64,000 bases of DNA from Candidatus Binatia bacterium. Its GTDB lineage: Bacteria; Desulfobacterota; Binatia; HRBIN30. This document shows positions 26,975-36,565 of this stretch, one piece after another (the stretch's first letter is position 1; each line of letters starts with the position of its first letter). The notes under the pieces are model-generated. The model was not told where the DNA came from. It saw nothing but the letters and a program-made list of their open reading frames with translations, and searched no databases. A program made the position numbers and the translations under genes. Location: positions 32,001 through 96,000 of the forward strand of contig JBBRSP010000014.1 of NCBI GenBank assembly GCA_038245295.1, read 5' to 3'.

Positions 26975-27709
26975 TTAGAACGTGGTCCCGGCGCCGATGC
27001 GCGGTTCGATGGGGAGAACTCCCCGAATATAGAGACGAACAAAGGTGTTTACGTCGCCAATGAAGGTCCGCGGTATGAAGAGAACATCCCCCGCCTGCAA
27101 GTTCGTTCCCTCCGGATCGCCCGCGGTTAGCGGTCGGGTAAAATCAAGACGCGTGCCTTGATACTCGTTCTGCGCCGGCGACAATCGCAGCACACTGTCG
27201 AGGCGCGCCGTATCGTTGAAGCCGCCGCGATCAGCGATCGCTTGCAGCGGCGTCATGCCCTCTCGATAGGGCACAATTCCCGGCAGACGCACCTCGCCCA
27301 TCACGTACACCTTCAGGTCCGCCACTTGCGCCACCAGGACGGAAACTTCGGGATTTTTCAGACGGTCCGACGTGCGTTCGACGATCAGCTTCTCAAGCTC
27401 CCCCGAGGTCAATCCCGCCGCTCGCATATCGCCGCCCGCCTGCAGCGAGATGCCGCCGTCGGGACGGACCAGAACTTTCACGTCGTATTCCGGGTGGTAG
27501 GTGAACTTCACGCGCAATAAATCACCCGGCTGAATGCGATAAATGCCGATCTGGCCCGGGATCGGCGGCGCCGGCGCATCGAGCGGCGGCAATGGCAACA
27601 TCACCGGCGTCTGGCTGGCGCAGCCTTGCAACCACGCCAGACTCGCGATGCACAAGATCAGCAATCTGTTTGCCACTCTAAAACCGCCTCGACGCATGCC
27701 TAGACTCAC
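26975..27709 (-). CDS. wza: Polysaccharide export lipoprotein (Wza/OPX)
   Basis: Lipobox LQGC; YRIQPGDLL, VRPDGGISL, AAGLT, VYVMGEV..PG, LQAGDVLFIP. Confidence 0.88.
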   Translation of the reverse strand: MSLGMRRGGFRVANRLLILCIASLAWLQGCASQTPVMLPLPPLDAPAPPIPGQIGIYRIQPGDLLRVKFTYHPEYDVKVLVRPDGGISLQAGGDMRAAGLTSGELEKLIVERTSDRLKNPEVSVLVAQVADLKVYVMGEVRLPGIVPYREGMTPLQAIADRGGFNDTARLDSVLRLSPAQNEYQGTRLDFTRPLTAGDPEGTNLQAGDVLFIPRTFIGDVNTFVRLYIRGVLPIEPRIGAGTTF

Positions 27710-29010
27710 CCCACCCTGTCCACGGACTTGGCGCTTATACGATCTCTCGAAAAAGCTATCAATCCCTCGATATCAAAAGTTTTCTGCACCAACGCACCAT
27801 TGTTTTGCAAATCCGCAGAACAGATCGACGCATAGACGCGTTCCACGAGAGCCGCCGACTCTGCCCAATCCGGAAGCGCCGCGGCGGTGGCGCGGGCTGC
27901 GTCAGCAAGTTGCTGGCGGTATTCCGGATCACGCGCCAGCGCTGCCAACAGCGCTGCCAAATGACGACTATTTCCGTTGCGGAACACCAATCCGTTTTCC
28001 CCATGGCGAATGCTCTTCGCCGCGCCTTCGGCCACCACGACGGCGCGCCCCGCGGCAAGATAGTTGAGGATCTTGATCGGATAGCCTGACCAGGAACGGC
28101 GTGGACAGAGGAGGACGTCGGCGGCCGCTAGATGTCCCAAAACTTCCCGGAAGCTGCGCACGACAACAACCCGGGCACCGCGCCCGCACAGCAGTCGCAG
28201 CAACGCGGGGTCAGAATGCCGTTGCCACTCGGCGTCATGGGTCACGACGAGCAACTCCGCCGACGGAATGGCGAGGCGCAACTCTCCGAAGGCGGTCCAT
28301 AAGACGTCGAGATCCTGGTAGCCGTCGAGATTGCCCGCATAGACGACGCGGAAACGCGCCTCGCTCGTCTCGCTCGTGGCATCAGGCAACCCCTCAGGTG
28401 GCACGAATGGCTCCGGTCCACCCGGTGGAATGCACACAATCCGACTCGCCGCCCCCCCGCAGCGCACCAGATACTCCGCAACTTCGGTGGCCAACGCGAT
28501 GCTGCGATCCGCACGGCGCGGCACGTGCCGATCAACAAAGCCCCCAAGTTTGGCCATCAACGCGCGCCAGCGCGGCTGAAAGTACCACGGCAACTCATCG
28601 GCGAGGACGTTATGCGCGTGGTAAACGATCGGCACGCCGGTCAAGCGCCGTACGACCAGGGCGACGAGCATTCCCTCGTAGTTGTGGGCGTGCAAAACCT
28701 CGATGCGCTGACGACGCACGACCCGGAACAGCTCGCGCATCAAGGCGATGTCCAGAATCGCCTTACGACGCCAGGACAATCGCTTTGGTGGGCGGTCGAA
28801 TAGCGGCAGTCGACTGCGATGTACGACCAGACCTCGCAGGGGTACGAGGTTTTCACCGAATGGGTAGGTCACCACGTGCACTTCGTGCCCGCGATCGGCC
28901 AACGCCGTCGCGGTCTCACGAATCAGGACCTGCGAGCCACGTGCGGAGGGGAACGGACACGCCGCCACCATGGCGATGCGCAGGACTCGCCGCGGGCTCG
29001 TCTGACTCAC
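27706..29010 (-). CDS. Glycosyltransferase family 4
   Basis: ACPFP..RGS, HAHNYEG, YAGNLDGYQ, PIKILNYLAAG. Start set at GTG 29010 (GTGA overlap). Confidence 0.85.
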   Translation of the reverse strand: MSQTSPRRVLRIAMVAACPFPSARGSQVLIRETATALADRGHEVHVVTYPFGENLVPLRGLVVHRSRLPLFDRPPKRLSWRRKAILDIALMRELFRVVRRQRIEVLHAHNYEGMLVALVVRRLTGVPIVYHAHNVLADELPWYFQPRWRALMAKLGGFVDRHVPRRADRSIALATEVAEYLVRCGGAASRIVCIPPGGPEPFVPPEGLPDATSETSEARFRVVYAGNLDGYQDLDVLWTAFGELRLAIPSAELLVVTHDAEWQRHSDPALLRLLCGRGARVVVVRSFREVLGHLAAADVLLCPRRSWSGYPIKILNYLAAGRAVVVAEGAAKSIRHGENGLVFRNGNSRHLAALLAALARDPEYRQQLADAARATAAALPDWAESAALVERVYASICSADLQNNGALVQKTFDIEGLIAFSRDRISAKSVDRVG

Positions 29011-30662
29011 TGCAGATACCCCATCGAGGCTAATCGGTCGGCGATCTCGCGCTCTTCGGCGCTGGTGTATTGAGTTTCCTGCCATGGTATCGGCGTCGCA
29101 TTGTCCGCAACGACCACGTCGGCACTTATACCGGTCAGAACGGTTCTGCCATCGAATTCGTGCGGAACATCGAGATCGCAGCAGCTCAGGATCGTTGCGG
29201 CCATGTCGGCGATAGCCGCACGCCGACCAGACGCCGGGACACTCACGGCCGTCTCAAGAAGATAAATTCCGTCCGTTCGATGTGTCCCGTCCATGCCGGC
29301 CAGCTTGCCGCCGCGGCACAGCTGCGGATCGAGGCGATGCATCGGGTTGGTTGCGGCCCCGGTAGGTAGGCACGCGTACGAATAACCATCGTCGAGCGCC
29401 ATCTCGAAGATCACGTCGGGAGCGTACTTTACCCAGTCGCCCTGGTAGAGTTCTTCGCGCCGCCAGGCGCGGCGAATCACCGAACGACCGCTCTCGCCAT
29501 CAGTCAAGGTCGCGGCGGCGGCACAGATATCGTCGCGCACGCGCTCGTAGTCCGCTACGTCCACGATGCCCTGCGGCTCGCGACCGCGCAGGTTGATCCA
29601 GGCACTCGGGAAGTATCCGAGCTCCTCCGAAAACACGCGCGTTTTCGACCATTCAATTTGCGCGAAGCGCGACCGCGACTCCAATCGTCCCGCCACCGCG
29701 CCGCCACCGAGTCGAAATAGCGGCGCTTGCCACGGCGCCGGTACACGCCGCAACGCCGCAGTCTTCAGTCGTCCGGCCAGACCCGCTCCGCGAGAAACGC
29801 GGCGCGTCTGCAGACCAAGGCCAGTCAGCCATTGGTTGAGGTGAACAACTTTGAGCCCGGCGCCACCAAACCCATGGTCCGAAACCACCAGCACCTCGGC
29901 CTCGGGTACGGCATCCCGCAGGCGACCGAGGGCCGCGTCGAGGGCGCGATACACGCTCGGCAAAACGTCGCCGTAGGACTCCGCCCCAACGGCATCGAAA
30001 CGCGGCGAGGCCTGGTCGCTGAAGCGCCAGAAATGATGCGCCGCGGTGTCCGACTCGCCGAACATGATCAGGAATGCGTCCCACTCTTCTCGCGCCAGCA
30101 AACGCAGCGCCAGGCCGGTCTTGATGTCGATGCCCCGCAACAGGCGATCACGCGCCGTCGCATACCAGTCGCCGTCGACACGAAACTCCTGAAAGTCAGC
30201 GAACGGGAACCCGCCCTGCTCGCGCACCAACGCTGCCAGCTCCGGTGGCCACACGAAGCGATCGTCGGCGCGCAACGTCACCGGCGTATCGAAACCGCAC
30301 ACCATACAGCCATTGAGCGGCTCCGGCGGATATGTGCCGGGCAGCCCTAGAACGCAAACGCGTTTGCCGGCGTCGCTTAGTCGCTGCCAGATGGTCGGGA
30401 CCTTGCGAAACGTCGAATTGACGAAGCGAACGTTGTAGGTGCCCAGGTCGCGGCGCGTGAAGTCGAAGATGCCGTGTTTGCCGGGATTGACGCCGGTCAT
30501 GAACGTCGTCCAGCTCGGCAGCGTCACCGGCGGTACCGTCGACGTCAATGGCCCCGAAATGCTGCGCTCGCGCAGCCGCTGCAGGTTGGGTAACCACCCC
30601 CGATCGATCCACGGGTTGATGAGATCCCACGTCGCGCCGTCGAAGCCAACGATCAGCAGCAC
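29007..30662 (-). CDS. Alkaline-phosphatase superfamily protein (type I phosphodiesterase/nucleotide pyrophosphatase-like)
   Basis: IVGFDGATW, STVPPVT.PSW...MTG.NPGKHGIFDF, VVSDHGF, GTHRTDG, C-terminal RLASMGYL. AGGAG RBS before GTG 30662. Confidence 0.85.
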   Translation of the reverse strand: MLLIVGFDGATWDLINPWIDRGWLPNLQRLRERSISGPLTSTVPPVTLPSWTTFMTGVNPGKHGIFDFTRRDLGTYNVRFVNSTFRKVPTIWQRLSDAGKRVCVLGLPGTYPPEPLNGCMVCGFDTPVTLRADDRFVWPPELAALVREQGGFPFADFQEFRVDGDWYATARDRLLRGIDIKTGLALRLLAREEWDAFLIMFGESDTAAHHFWRFSDQASPRFDAVGAESYGDVLPSVYRALDAALGRLRDAVPEAEVLVVSDHGFGGAGLKVVHLNQWLTGLGLQTRRVSRGAGLAGRLKTAALRRVPAPWQAPLFRLGGGAVAGRLESRSRFAQIEWSKTRVFSEELGYFPSAWINLRGREPQGIVDVADYERVRDDICAAAATLTDGESGRSVIRRAWRREELYQGDWVKYAPDVIFEMALDDGYSYACLPTGAATNPMHRLDPQLCRGGKLAGMDGTHRTDGIYLLETAVSVPASGRRAAIADMAATILSCCDLDVPHEFDGRTVLTGISADVVVADNATPIPWQETQYTSAEEREIADRLASMGYLQ

Positions 30663-30699
30663 ACGCGACTCCTGCGTTGGTCCGGCTTGGCGAACCCGT

Positions 30700-32493
30700 T
30701 CATGGTGCCCCACCGCCGACCACCGCCAGGTGGCGGTTCATGGCTTCGTGCATGGCACCGGCGCGCGCCGATTCTTCTTTCGCCAGGTTCTTCTTCTCGC
30801 CCGGATCGCTAGCCAGATTGTAGAGCGACAACGCCGGTAAGCCGCGTGGGTTGTCGGCGTTGGCAACAATCAACTTCCAGTCGCCGTCGAGCCACGAGAA
30901 CAACCGATTGCCTTCAAAGTCTTCTTCCCCGAGCAGCGTCGTGCGCTCGGTGACGGCGAAGAGATCGTGCCCTTGCAGCGTGGCATTGCGGGTATCGGCT
31001 CCGGCCGCGGCCAGGAGCGTTGGGGTAATATCGATGTTGCCGGCAAGCGCATCGACCACCCGCCCGGCGGGCTCCGCTCCCGCCGGCTTGATGATCAGCG
31101 GCACGCGCACCTGCTCTTCGAAAAGCGAGGTCCCGTGCCACCAACTGCCGTGCTCGAAGAATTCCTCGCCGTGATCCGAGGCGACCGCGATCACGGAATT
31201 CTCAAACAGTCCCTTGGCTTTCAGGCGATCGAAAAGGTTGCCCAGATAGGTGTCGAGGTAGGTGACATCCTCGCCATAGAGGCGGCGCATCTCGTCGGCG
31301 CGGGCCTGCGGAGGGTTCGGTTCGGACACACGGGCGATGCCATACCCGGAATATGGGATCTCAAAGTACGGATCGTGCGGATCCATATAATGGATGAGCA
31401 GGAAGAACGGCGCCGGCAGCGGTTGGTCGAGCCAACGCATGACCCGCGCGTCGACGTCGGCGGCGTCCTCATAGTAGTTGTCATGGTAGATGCGATCCTT
31501 CCACAAGCGCTCGCGCAGGACGCGCAGCACCCGGTAGACGGCCAGACGTGTCGCCGAATCGCTGGCACCGAAATAGAAGTCCGGGGGCAGGTAATAGTAC
31601 TCGTCGAATCCCTGCTGGAAATTGAAGATCGGCGCCAGGTTAATGTTGCTGACGAACCCAGCCGTCCAATAGCCGTGCGCCTTGAGCAGCTCCGCCAGCG
31701 TTTGGGCCGAATCGTTCAACACGTCGGCTTTGCGGAACGCACCGTGCGTCGCCGGATATTGCGATGTCAAAATTGTCGCGATCGACGGCCGGGTCCAACT
31801 CGACTGCGCATACGTACGCGAGAACCGCACAGCCGTCCGGGCGAATTCATCAAGACGTGGACTGGCGGTCGGCGAGGCGCCGTACACCCCCAACGCGTCG
31901 GCGCGCAGAGTGTCAGGAATGATCAGGATAATATTGGGCGACGTCGCCTTCTGGCGCAGCGTCGGGCGCGACACCACAGGTTCGACAGCCACCGACCGGG
32001 TGGCCACGAAGCAACCACCCAGGAGAACACCGTAGGCGACCACCGTCGCGCCGATCGCGCCCCAAGATTCGCCGCGCCGTCGCCCCAGCCGCCACAAGGA
32101 GAGACCGATCACCACTGCGGCGAGCAACAGACCGGCATGAATGGCGATGCCGGTGGGTGTGAACACCGGCATGCGTTCCAGGAAGACGCGTTGCTCGATA
32201 TGGTACCGTGCCACGACCAGCGTCAGAACGGCCGGCGGCAACGCCAGGCCTTCGGCAAATTGCCCGTGCCGCGGCCCTACCACGCACCGCAGGAGGCCCC
32301 AGAGGACGCCAATGGTCCCACCGAGAACGCCATAGGCGAGAACGGCGAACCACAGCAGGCCGTATTCTTCCGGGGCCGCACCCGTCAGCAATACAACGGC
32401 GACCTCGGCGAGCCCGGCCAGCGCCCCACCCCACAGCCCTCCTGCCGCACCGGCAAGAAGCCGTTGGACGAAAGTGTTCTTCGGTTCGTACAT
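30700..32493 (-). CDS. Membrane-anchored sulfatase-like hydrolase/transferase
   Basis: About 5 N-terminal TMs; PNIILI..DTLRAD, SSWTRPS, HYMDPHDPY, SDHGEEF.EHG...HG. Start reset to ATG 32493. Confidence 0.85.
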   Translation of the reverse strand: MYEPKNTFVQRLLAGAAGGLWGGALAGLAEVAVVLLTGAAPEEYGLLWFAVLAYGVLGGTIGVLWGLLRCVVGPRHGQFAEGLALPPAVLTLVVARYHIEQRVFLERMPVFTPTGIAIHAGLLLAAVVIGLSLWRLGRRRGESWGAIGATVVAYGVLLGGCFVATRSVAVEPVVSRPTLRQKATSPNIILIIPDTLRADALGVYGASPTASPRLDEFARTAVRFSRTYAQSSWTRPSIATILTSQYPATHGAFRKADVLNDSAQTLAELLKAHGYWTAGFVSNINLAPIFNFQQGFDEYYYLPPDFYFGASDSATRLAVYRVLRVLRERLWKDRIYHDNYYEDAADVDARVMRWLDQPLPAPFFLLIHYMDPHDPYFEIPYSGYGIARVSEPNPPQARADEMRRLYGEDVTYLDTYLGNLFDRLKAKGLFENSVIAVASDHGEEFFEHGSWWHGTSLFEEQVRVPLIIKPAGAEPAGRVVDALAGNIDITPTLLAAAGADTRNATLQGHDLFAVTERTTLLGEEDFEGNRLFSWLDGDWKLIVANADNPRGLPALSLYNLASDPGEKKNLAKEESARAGAMHEAMNRHLAVVGGGAP

Positions 32494-32608
32494 TTCCACT
32501 GGATCTAGACTCCGATGACCGGCGCCGAGAGTCGCGTCGGCGCGGCAGCTCTCACGGGGGCCGCCTCCCCAGCCGTCACCGTGCGACGGACATAGCTCCG
32601 CCCACCCC

Positions 32609-32634
32609 GGGGCTACCCACTCTCGGGTAGCCCC
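32609..32634 (-). promoter_or_regulatory. Perfect 10-bp stem-loop downstream of the RfaH-like gene (candidate antitermination or processing signal)
   Basis: GGGGCTACCC-N6-GGGTAGCCCC, no U-tract; contains GGTAGC. Confidence 0.4.
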
Positions 32635-32681
32635 ATGCACAGCGCCCTTACACCCGAGGTGTCAGGCTGGCCCCGCGTGTC

Positions 32682-33173
32682 CTACAACGACACGCGTTCG
32701 AGCAGATTGAGTGGCAACTCGACTCGCGTCTGTCGCCGCAACAACTCCATCAGAACTCGGACTCGCCCACTACCGCTCACTTTGTTTTCAATGATCCCGA
32801 TGAGTCCCTCAAAGGGGCCGCGGCGGACGCGCACGGAATCACCGGGAACGAAGGCCGGTCCCGAGTGAAGAACTCCCGCCGGCCCGACGCGTTGCCGCAA
32901 AAACTCCACAACCGCATCTTCAAGCGGCGTTGGCGTCAGGCCGAAGCCAATCAGCTTTCTCACCCCCGGCGTCCAAACCACATCCGAGAATTGCGCCTCG
33001 AGATCCGCGTGCACGAACAAGTAACCTGGAAACAGCGGTGTCACCGTCGATCGCGTCGCGAACCGATCGAAGATGCGCGGCAGGAATGTCGTGACGCCAC
33101 GCCGTCCGAGATGGAACTGCGCCGATTCCTCCCGTCGTGGCTTGGTGCTGACTACGAACCACTGCGTCGACAT
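32682..33173 (-). CDS. NusG-paralog transcription antiterminator (RfaH/UpxY/LoaP-like)
   Basis: WFVVSTKPRRE, PLFPGYLFV, TPGV, KOW GDSVRVRRGPFEGLIG, RVRVLMELL. Start reset to ATG 33173. Confidence 0.9.
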   Translation of the reverse strand: MSTQWFVVSTKPRREESAQFHLGRRGVTTFLPRIFDRFATRSTVTPLFPGYLFVHADLEAQFSDVVWTPGVRKLIGFGLTPTPLEDAVVEFLRQRVGPAGVLHSGPAFVPGDSVRVRRGPFEGLIGIIENKVSGSGRVRVLMELLRRQTRVELPLNLLERVSL

Positions 33174-33180
33174 GCTTGGC

Positions 33181-35013
33181 TCAGTCCCCGCCCAGTTGCG
33201 CCAGCCGCGGCTGATCGCGGAACAGGGTCTGCAGCTCCTGCCCAAGTGCATCGACCGCCTCGCGCTTGTTGTCACCCGCCACCGTCACCCGGAACACCCG
33301 TTTGGCGCCGCCGATCTTGGTCGGCGTGAGGCGCGTGTCGAAGCCGTGAGCGCGAAGCTGCTTTTGTAAAGACTCGGCGCGCGTCTGGTTCGGCGTTGAG
33401 AACACCAGCAGTGAGTACAAGCCGGAGCGCTCGCGGAGGACAGGGAAACCGTCGCGTAGTTCCGGAACGCGCACCGACTGCCCGGTCGAGATGACGTCGA
33501 TATCGTCCAGCTCAGGATTGGCGATCTTGAGTACGTCGAGAACCGTGTAACTCGACTGGCCGTAGGCGCGTCGAGCAATCGACGACATTGAATCGCCGTC
33601 GCGCACCACTACTTTGCCGAATGGCATGCCATCGAGCTTGATTTCAGAGCGTTCGTCGTCGGCCATTTCCGCGGCCGTCTCGGCGGCGGCGGGCACACGC
33701 TCACCATGCCCAACAGCCGCCAACTCACCCAGCGGCTCGCTCTCCGCGGCTGTCCGCCCTGCCCCCCTCTCAGGGTGACCCGCGGGTGTTTCCGCGGCAG
33801 CAAAGTTTTCGCTCGGACGTTCGGCGGCAACTGGGTGTCCGTCATTGCGGACACCCGCCGGATCGACTCTCTCGACCAGGATCGGCTTCTCGACGATACG
33901 ATTGGAACCGACCGGGCGTTCCGCTGCGGGCAGGGCTGGCGGAGCCGGCGGTCGCACGTCGGCGCCGGGTCGAATCACTTCAAATTTCGCAGCCGGCGCC
34001 TCGCTTGCTACTTCAGTCGGCGCCGAGTTGTCTGAATCCCGGCGCACCAGCGACAACACACCGGCCGTCGCCGCCACCGCCACCGCGGCAATGCCCACGC
34101 CGCGCCACGGCAGCTGTCGTCGCAGCCGCGGCAGCATCGACTCGCGGCTCAAGACAATCGGTGAAGCGCTGCTCGTCGGCTCCGGCATCGGGCTCGTACC
34201 CATGGTCTCGACACTCATGAGATCGGAGGCGGCTTCGATGATCAGGTCGGCGCCGATGCGCTTCTTTCCGAGGGCGTAACCGATGACCAGAGCATTGTCG
34301 CAGACGACGTTTACCAGACGCGGGATGCCGCGTGAGAAATGGTAGATCTGATCTTCTGCTTCACGGGTGAACAGCTTGAGGTCCGGAGAGCCGGCGGCCT
34401 GCAGCCGATAGGTGATGTATTCGGTGATCTCGTCGCGCGACAGCGGCAGCAGCCGACAGTTGATCCCGATGCGCTGGCGCAGTTGCCGCAGCACGGGATT
34501 GCTGAGCTTCTGACCGAGCTCGGGCTGTCCGGAGAGGACAATTTGCAGAATCTTCTCTTTGGCGGTCTCGAGGTTCGACAGCAGCCGCAGATCTTCGAGC
34601 ACGGAAAACTCGAGGTCCTGCGCCTCGTCAATCAGCAGCGCCACATTGACCCCGTTGCGCAGCTCTTCCAACAGAAACGAGTTGAGCCGCTGCAGCATGT
34701 AGAGCTTCTTGCCGTTGTGAACCGGCAGGTCGAACTCGGCAAAGATGTACTCGAGAATCTCTTCAAACGTGACGTTGGTGTTGAAGATGAACACCGAACG
34801 CGTCTTGTTATCGAGGTCTTCCAGGAGCTTTTTGAGTAGCGTCGTCTTGCCGGTGCCGGCTTCCCCGATCAGCGTGATGAAACCTTTGCGCTGCGTAATC
34901 CCGTAGTTGAGCGACGCAATTGCCTCGCGATAGCGCGCGTTAAGGTAGAGGAAGCGCGGATCTGGCGTGACGTTAAACGGTCGTTCCGTCAGTTGGTAGA
35001 ACTCGCAATACAT
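33181..35013 (-). CDS. ExeA/GspA-family AAA ATPase with C-terminal LysM-like and SPOR-like domains
   Basis: MY.EFY.L...PF..TPDPRFLY, GEAGTGKTT, LIDEAQ, GQPEL, QLRQRI, GIPRLVN; VVVRDGDSMSSIARRAYG...IANP (LysM); C-terminal SPOR-like segment. Confidence 0.88.
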   Translation of the reverse strand: MYCEFYQLTERPFNVTPDPRFLYLNARYREAIASLNYGITQRKGFITLIGEAGTGKTTLLKKLLEDLDNKTRSVFIFNTNVTFEEILEYIFAEFDLPVHNGKKLYMLQRLNSFLLEELRNGVNVALLIDEAQDLEFSVLEDLRLLSNLETAKEKILQIVLSGQPELGQKLSNPVLRQLRQRIGINCRLLPLSRDEITEYITYRLQAAGSPDLKLFTREAEDQIYHFSRGIPRLVNVVCDNALVIGYALGKKRIGADLIIEAASDLMSVETMGTSPMPEPTSSASPIVLSRESMLPRLRRQLPWRGVGIAAVAVAATAGVLSLVRRDSDNSAPTEVASEAPAAKFEVIRPGADVRPPAPPALPAAERPVGSNRIVEKPILVERVDPAGVRNDGHPVAAERPSENFAAAETPAGHPERGAGRTAAESEPLGELAAVGHGERVPAAAETAAEMADDERSEIKLDGMPFGKVVVRDGDSMSSIARRAYGQSSYTVLDVLKIANPELDDIDVISTGQSVRVPELRDGFPVLRERSGLYSLLVFSTPNQTRAESLQKQLRAHGFDTRLTPTKIGGAKRVFRVTVAGDNKREAVDALGQELQTLFRDQPRLAQLGGD

Positions 35014-35134
35014 GCCTATCTCCGATGTCCGCCGCTACGCGTCTGTCCACAACCCATCATTCCAACCACGGCGCGTCTCGCCAGGGCCGCCGGCCGCGCG
35101 GATCGCAACCGGCTCCAAGAGCTCTGATCATACC

Positions 35135-36565
35135 TCATGCGGCCGCGCCCTCGCCGCGCTGGCCACCCTTGCGGAAGGTATTGGCATCCATCCCGTGGGC
35201 CCGCAGCTTGCGGTGCAGGGTTGCCTGGTCAACGCCGGCATGCCGCGCCGCCGCCGTCACACCGCCGCCAAAACGCTGCAGCAGTCGCGTCAGGTAGTCG
35301 TGCTCGGCGTGACGCATGTGGTCACGCAGCCCTTCATCATCCGGCGCCAAGCGATCGTCATCGAGCCCGGGAGCACGGACCGGTACATCGACATCGGCGA
35401 TCATCGTCCCCTTGGTGCGTAGCACCGCGCGCTCGAGCACGTTCAACAATTCCCGCACATTCCCGGGCCAGCGATGCGCGACCAGACGTTCGAGGGCCTC
35501 GTCCGACACACTGTCGATACCCTTCTGGCGTGCCAACGCGTGGGTGCGCAGGAACTCCGTCACCAGCAGGGGAATGTCGCTGCGACGCGCCCGCAGCGGC
35601 GGCAGATCGAGAGGCATGACGTTGATCCGATAGTAGAAATCCTGCCGCATGCGTCCGAGCGCCACACATTCGGCTAGATCCTGGTTGGTGGCGCATAGAA
35701 CCCGCATGTCCACCGACACTCGCCGGTTGCTGCCGAGCGGTTCGATGGCGCGCTCTTCCAGTACGCGCAAGAGTTTGGCCTGCATGGCCAGCGGAATGCT
35801 TTCGACCTCGTCGAGGAACAACGTCCCCTTATTCGCCAGCTCGATTTTCCCAACCCGATCCTGGTCGGCGCCGGTGAAGGCGCCACGCGCGTAGCCGAAG
35901 AGCTCGCTCTCGAGCAAATGCTCGGGCAGGGCGGCGCAGTTTATCGCCACGAAATGCCCGGCGCGCCGCTTCCCCTGGGTGTGCAGGGCGCGCGCGACGA
36001 GCTCCTTACCGGTCCCCGACTCGCCGTGAATGACCACAGTCGCGTCGGAGTCGGCCAGCAACTCGATCGAGGAGAACACCTCGCGCATCGCCGCGTCGCG
36101 ACCGATCATCTCGGCAAAACGGTTGCGTTCGGCCAATTGGCGGCGCAGGTCGGCAATCTCGGCCAGCAACCGGCGGCGCTCGGAGACCTTCTGCAGCGCC
36201 AGCAGAATCTCCTCCGACTCGCACGGCTTGGTGATGTAATCGCTGGCGCCCTCACGCACGGCTTCGACCGCGCCGCGAATGCTGGCGTGTCCGGTCAACA
36301 TGATGACATCAGTCTCCGGCCAACGTTGGCGAATCTCTTTCGTCAAGCTTATGCCATCTCGATCCGGCATGATCAGATCGACGATCGCCATCGAATACGG
36401 CTGAGCTTCCAGGCGGGTGACGGCGATCGCCGCGCTTTCGGCTTCGTCGACGACAAACCCCTGGGTGCCGAAAAGCTGCAAAAGTTGAGTGCGGATGAGC
36501 ACGTCGTCATCCACGACCAACACCCGCGTCGGCGCCACGGCTGCACTGTCTTTCAGGCTCGACAC
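35135..36565 (-). CDS. Sigma-54-dependent response regulator (REC-AAA-HTH, NtrC/AtoC family)
   Basis: [40 protein letters not shown], Fis-type HTH. Start approximate. Confidence 0.92.
   Translation of the reverse strand: MSSLKDSAAVAPTRVLVVDDDVLIRTQLLQLFGTQGFVVDEAESAAIAVTRLEAQPYSMAIVDLIMPDRDGISLTKEIRQRWPETDVIMLTGHASIRGAVEAVREGASDYITKPCESEEILLALQKVSERRRLLAEIADLRRQLAERNRFAEMIGRDAAMREVFSSIELLADSDATVVIHGESGTGKELVARALHTQGKRRAGHFVAINCAALPEHLLESELFGYARGAFTGADQDRVGKIELANKGTLFLDEVESIPLAMQAKLLRVLEERAIEPLGSNRRVSVDMRVLCATNQDLAECVALGRMRQDFYYRINVMPLDLPPLRARRSDIPLLVTEFLRTHALARQKGIDSVSDEALERLVAHRWPGNVRELLNVLERAVLRTKGTMIADVDVPVRAPGLDDDRLAPDDEGLRDHMRHAEHDYLTRLLQRFGGGVTAAARHAGVDQATLHRKLRAHGMDANTFRKGGQRGEGAAA

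Noticed and set aside
35100..35120. TTGGAGCCGGTTGC as a sigma-54 promoter for the EPS operon
   Set aside because: GG-to-GC spacing is 8 nt rather than the required 10.
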